Positions 52,345-53,390 of a DNA stretch of 53,390 bases are shown here, piece after piece. Positions within the stretch are counted from its first letter, which is position 1; every line of letters starts with the position of its first letter. A program made the translations under genes and the position numbers. The DNA comes from Selaginella moellendorffii (lineage: Eukaryota; Plantae; Lycopodiophyta): assembly GCF_000143415.4 (NCBI RefSeq), contig NW_003314313.1, positions 1,326,490 through 1,379,879 of the forward strand. The letters run 5' to 3'. The notes below the pieces were generated by a model. The model had not been told where the DNA came from. It saw only the letters and a program-made list of their open reading frames with translations, and searched no databases.

Positions 52345-53390
52345 TGTAGCGCACGTGGTTTTGACCCTTTATCCTATGGTGATTTACCATAGGATAACAC
52401 CACGAAGCGGAACCTAAACCCTCTTTGTGCCACGTGACAGATGCCACGTGTCACATGCCACGTGTCCATGCCACGTGTCCTTAGGAACCCAAGGTTCAGG
52501 GCCTTGGGCCACTGAACGAAGGAACGGTGCCAAACTCCCAAGCGTGACGCCAAGGAGTGGTGGAACCGGACCACGGAGCAACTCCCGAGCATATAGCCCA
52601 AGGAGCGAAGGGACAGGAGCCCGGAGCGACTTGGAACAGTCCTGGAGCAACCAGCATACCAATGCCAGGACCAGCACGCAAAACGGAGCCAAACGGAGTC
52701 TGGCGCTATTTCGGCATACCGGTGGCCTAATGTGAGGATATGGGTACTCCACCAGCTAGCATGGAATGGAACTTGGGCTTAGACCCAAGCCGGACGCAGA
52801 ACAAGGACAGGCACGCAAGCGGGAGCTAGACTATGCCTCAGGTTGGTCGGCCATGCCCGACCTACCCACTATCCCTACTATACATTTGGAACCCCCCACA
52901 GCCCCCCCCCCCCTTGAGGAACACACGCTTTGGGCTTTCACCCCAAGCCTCCCTTAGTATCAGGAGTTAGTCTCTGGGACAAGCTCGAAACTTACTAAAT
53001 ATGGAATGTCCTTAGATTGCGAATTTGGACATGGGACAAACACCATTGTGTTCAGGCCGATCTCTACATTCCGTAGATATGCCAAATGAGCAAATCTGGA
53101 CACTTTCCATAAATAGCATTTGGGACCGAAATGAGACTAACACAAAGGGCATGATAGCGAGGGTGTTTGGCAGACACGGTAAGCTATCATGTAGCGATAT
53201 TGAGGGACCAATCTCAATACGCGAGGGTTCTTGTCACTAGCCAGTGCAAGACAAAACGAGACGGGAACTCCTTACCGGGCTAAGTATGCTTAGCTAATAA
53301 CACGTAGGAATTCCGTCCTTATGCTCGTCCGGTCTAAGTACACTCGAAATGCCCAGTTAACTCCACTAGCACAAGAGGGACTGATAAAGG
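52345..53390 (-). mobile_element. LTR E6 (3' or solo LTR, chimeric), inserted in the E5 LTR, cut by the window end
   Basis: A new TGTAGCGCAC terminus starts at 52345 in mid-LTR after CGGAG (candidate TSD). Confidence 0.88.

Overview
Land-plant nuclear DNA at the edge of an rDNA array. Positions 1-7559 are a minus-strand rDNA unit with linked 5S (L-type arrangement). In transcription order it has a putative RNA polymerase I promoter (TATAGTAGGG, +1 at about 7223), a 2-kb 5' ETS, an 18S fragment fused directly to the last third of 26S, a spacer with degenerate promoter repeats, a divergent 5S gene and GC-rich subrepeats. Positions 7560-53390 are a nest of LTR retrotransposons: one intact, young autonomous Ty3/gypsy chromovirus (33581-40944, TSD TTAAG, the only real protein-coding ORF), four ~7-kb non-coding LARD-type relatives, a solo LTR and a chimeric LTR. 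Several of them are inserted in an older hairpin-rich non-coding repeat. Main observation: all 11 LTR copies that include the region carry a 77-bp module that is 71/77 identical (autonomous copy) to the rDNA promoter (-67..+10). This suggests a retrotransposon family that captured the Pol I promoter, a Pol I analogue of the 5S/Pol III promoter in Cassandra elements. It comes with a covarying, highly structured 3' RNA domain. A second family of non-coding units carries the same promoter geometry. All alignments and helices were read by eye; transcription by Pol I is an inference.
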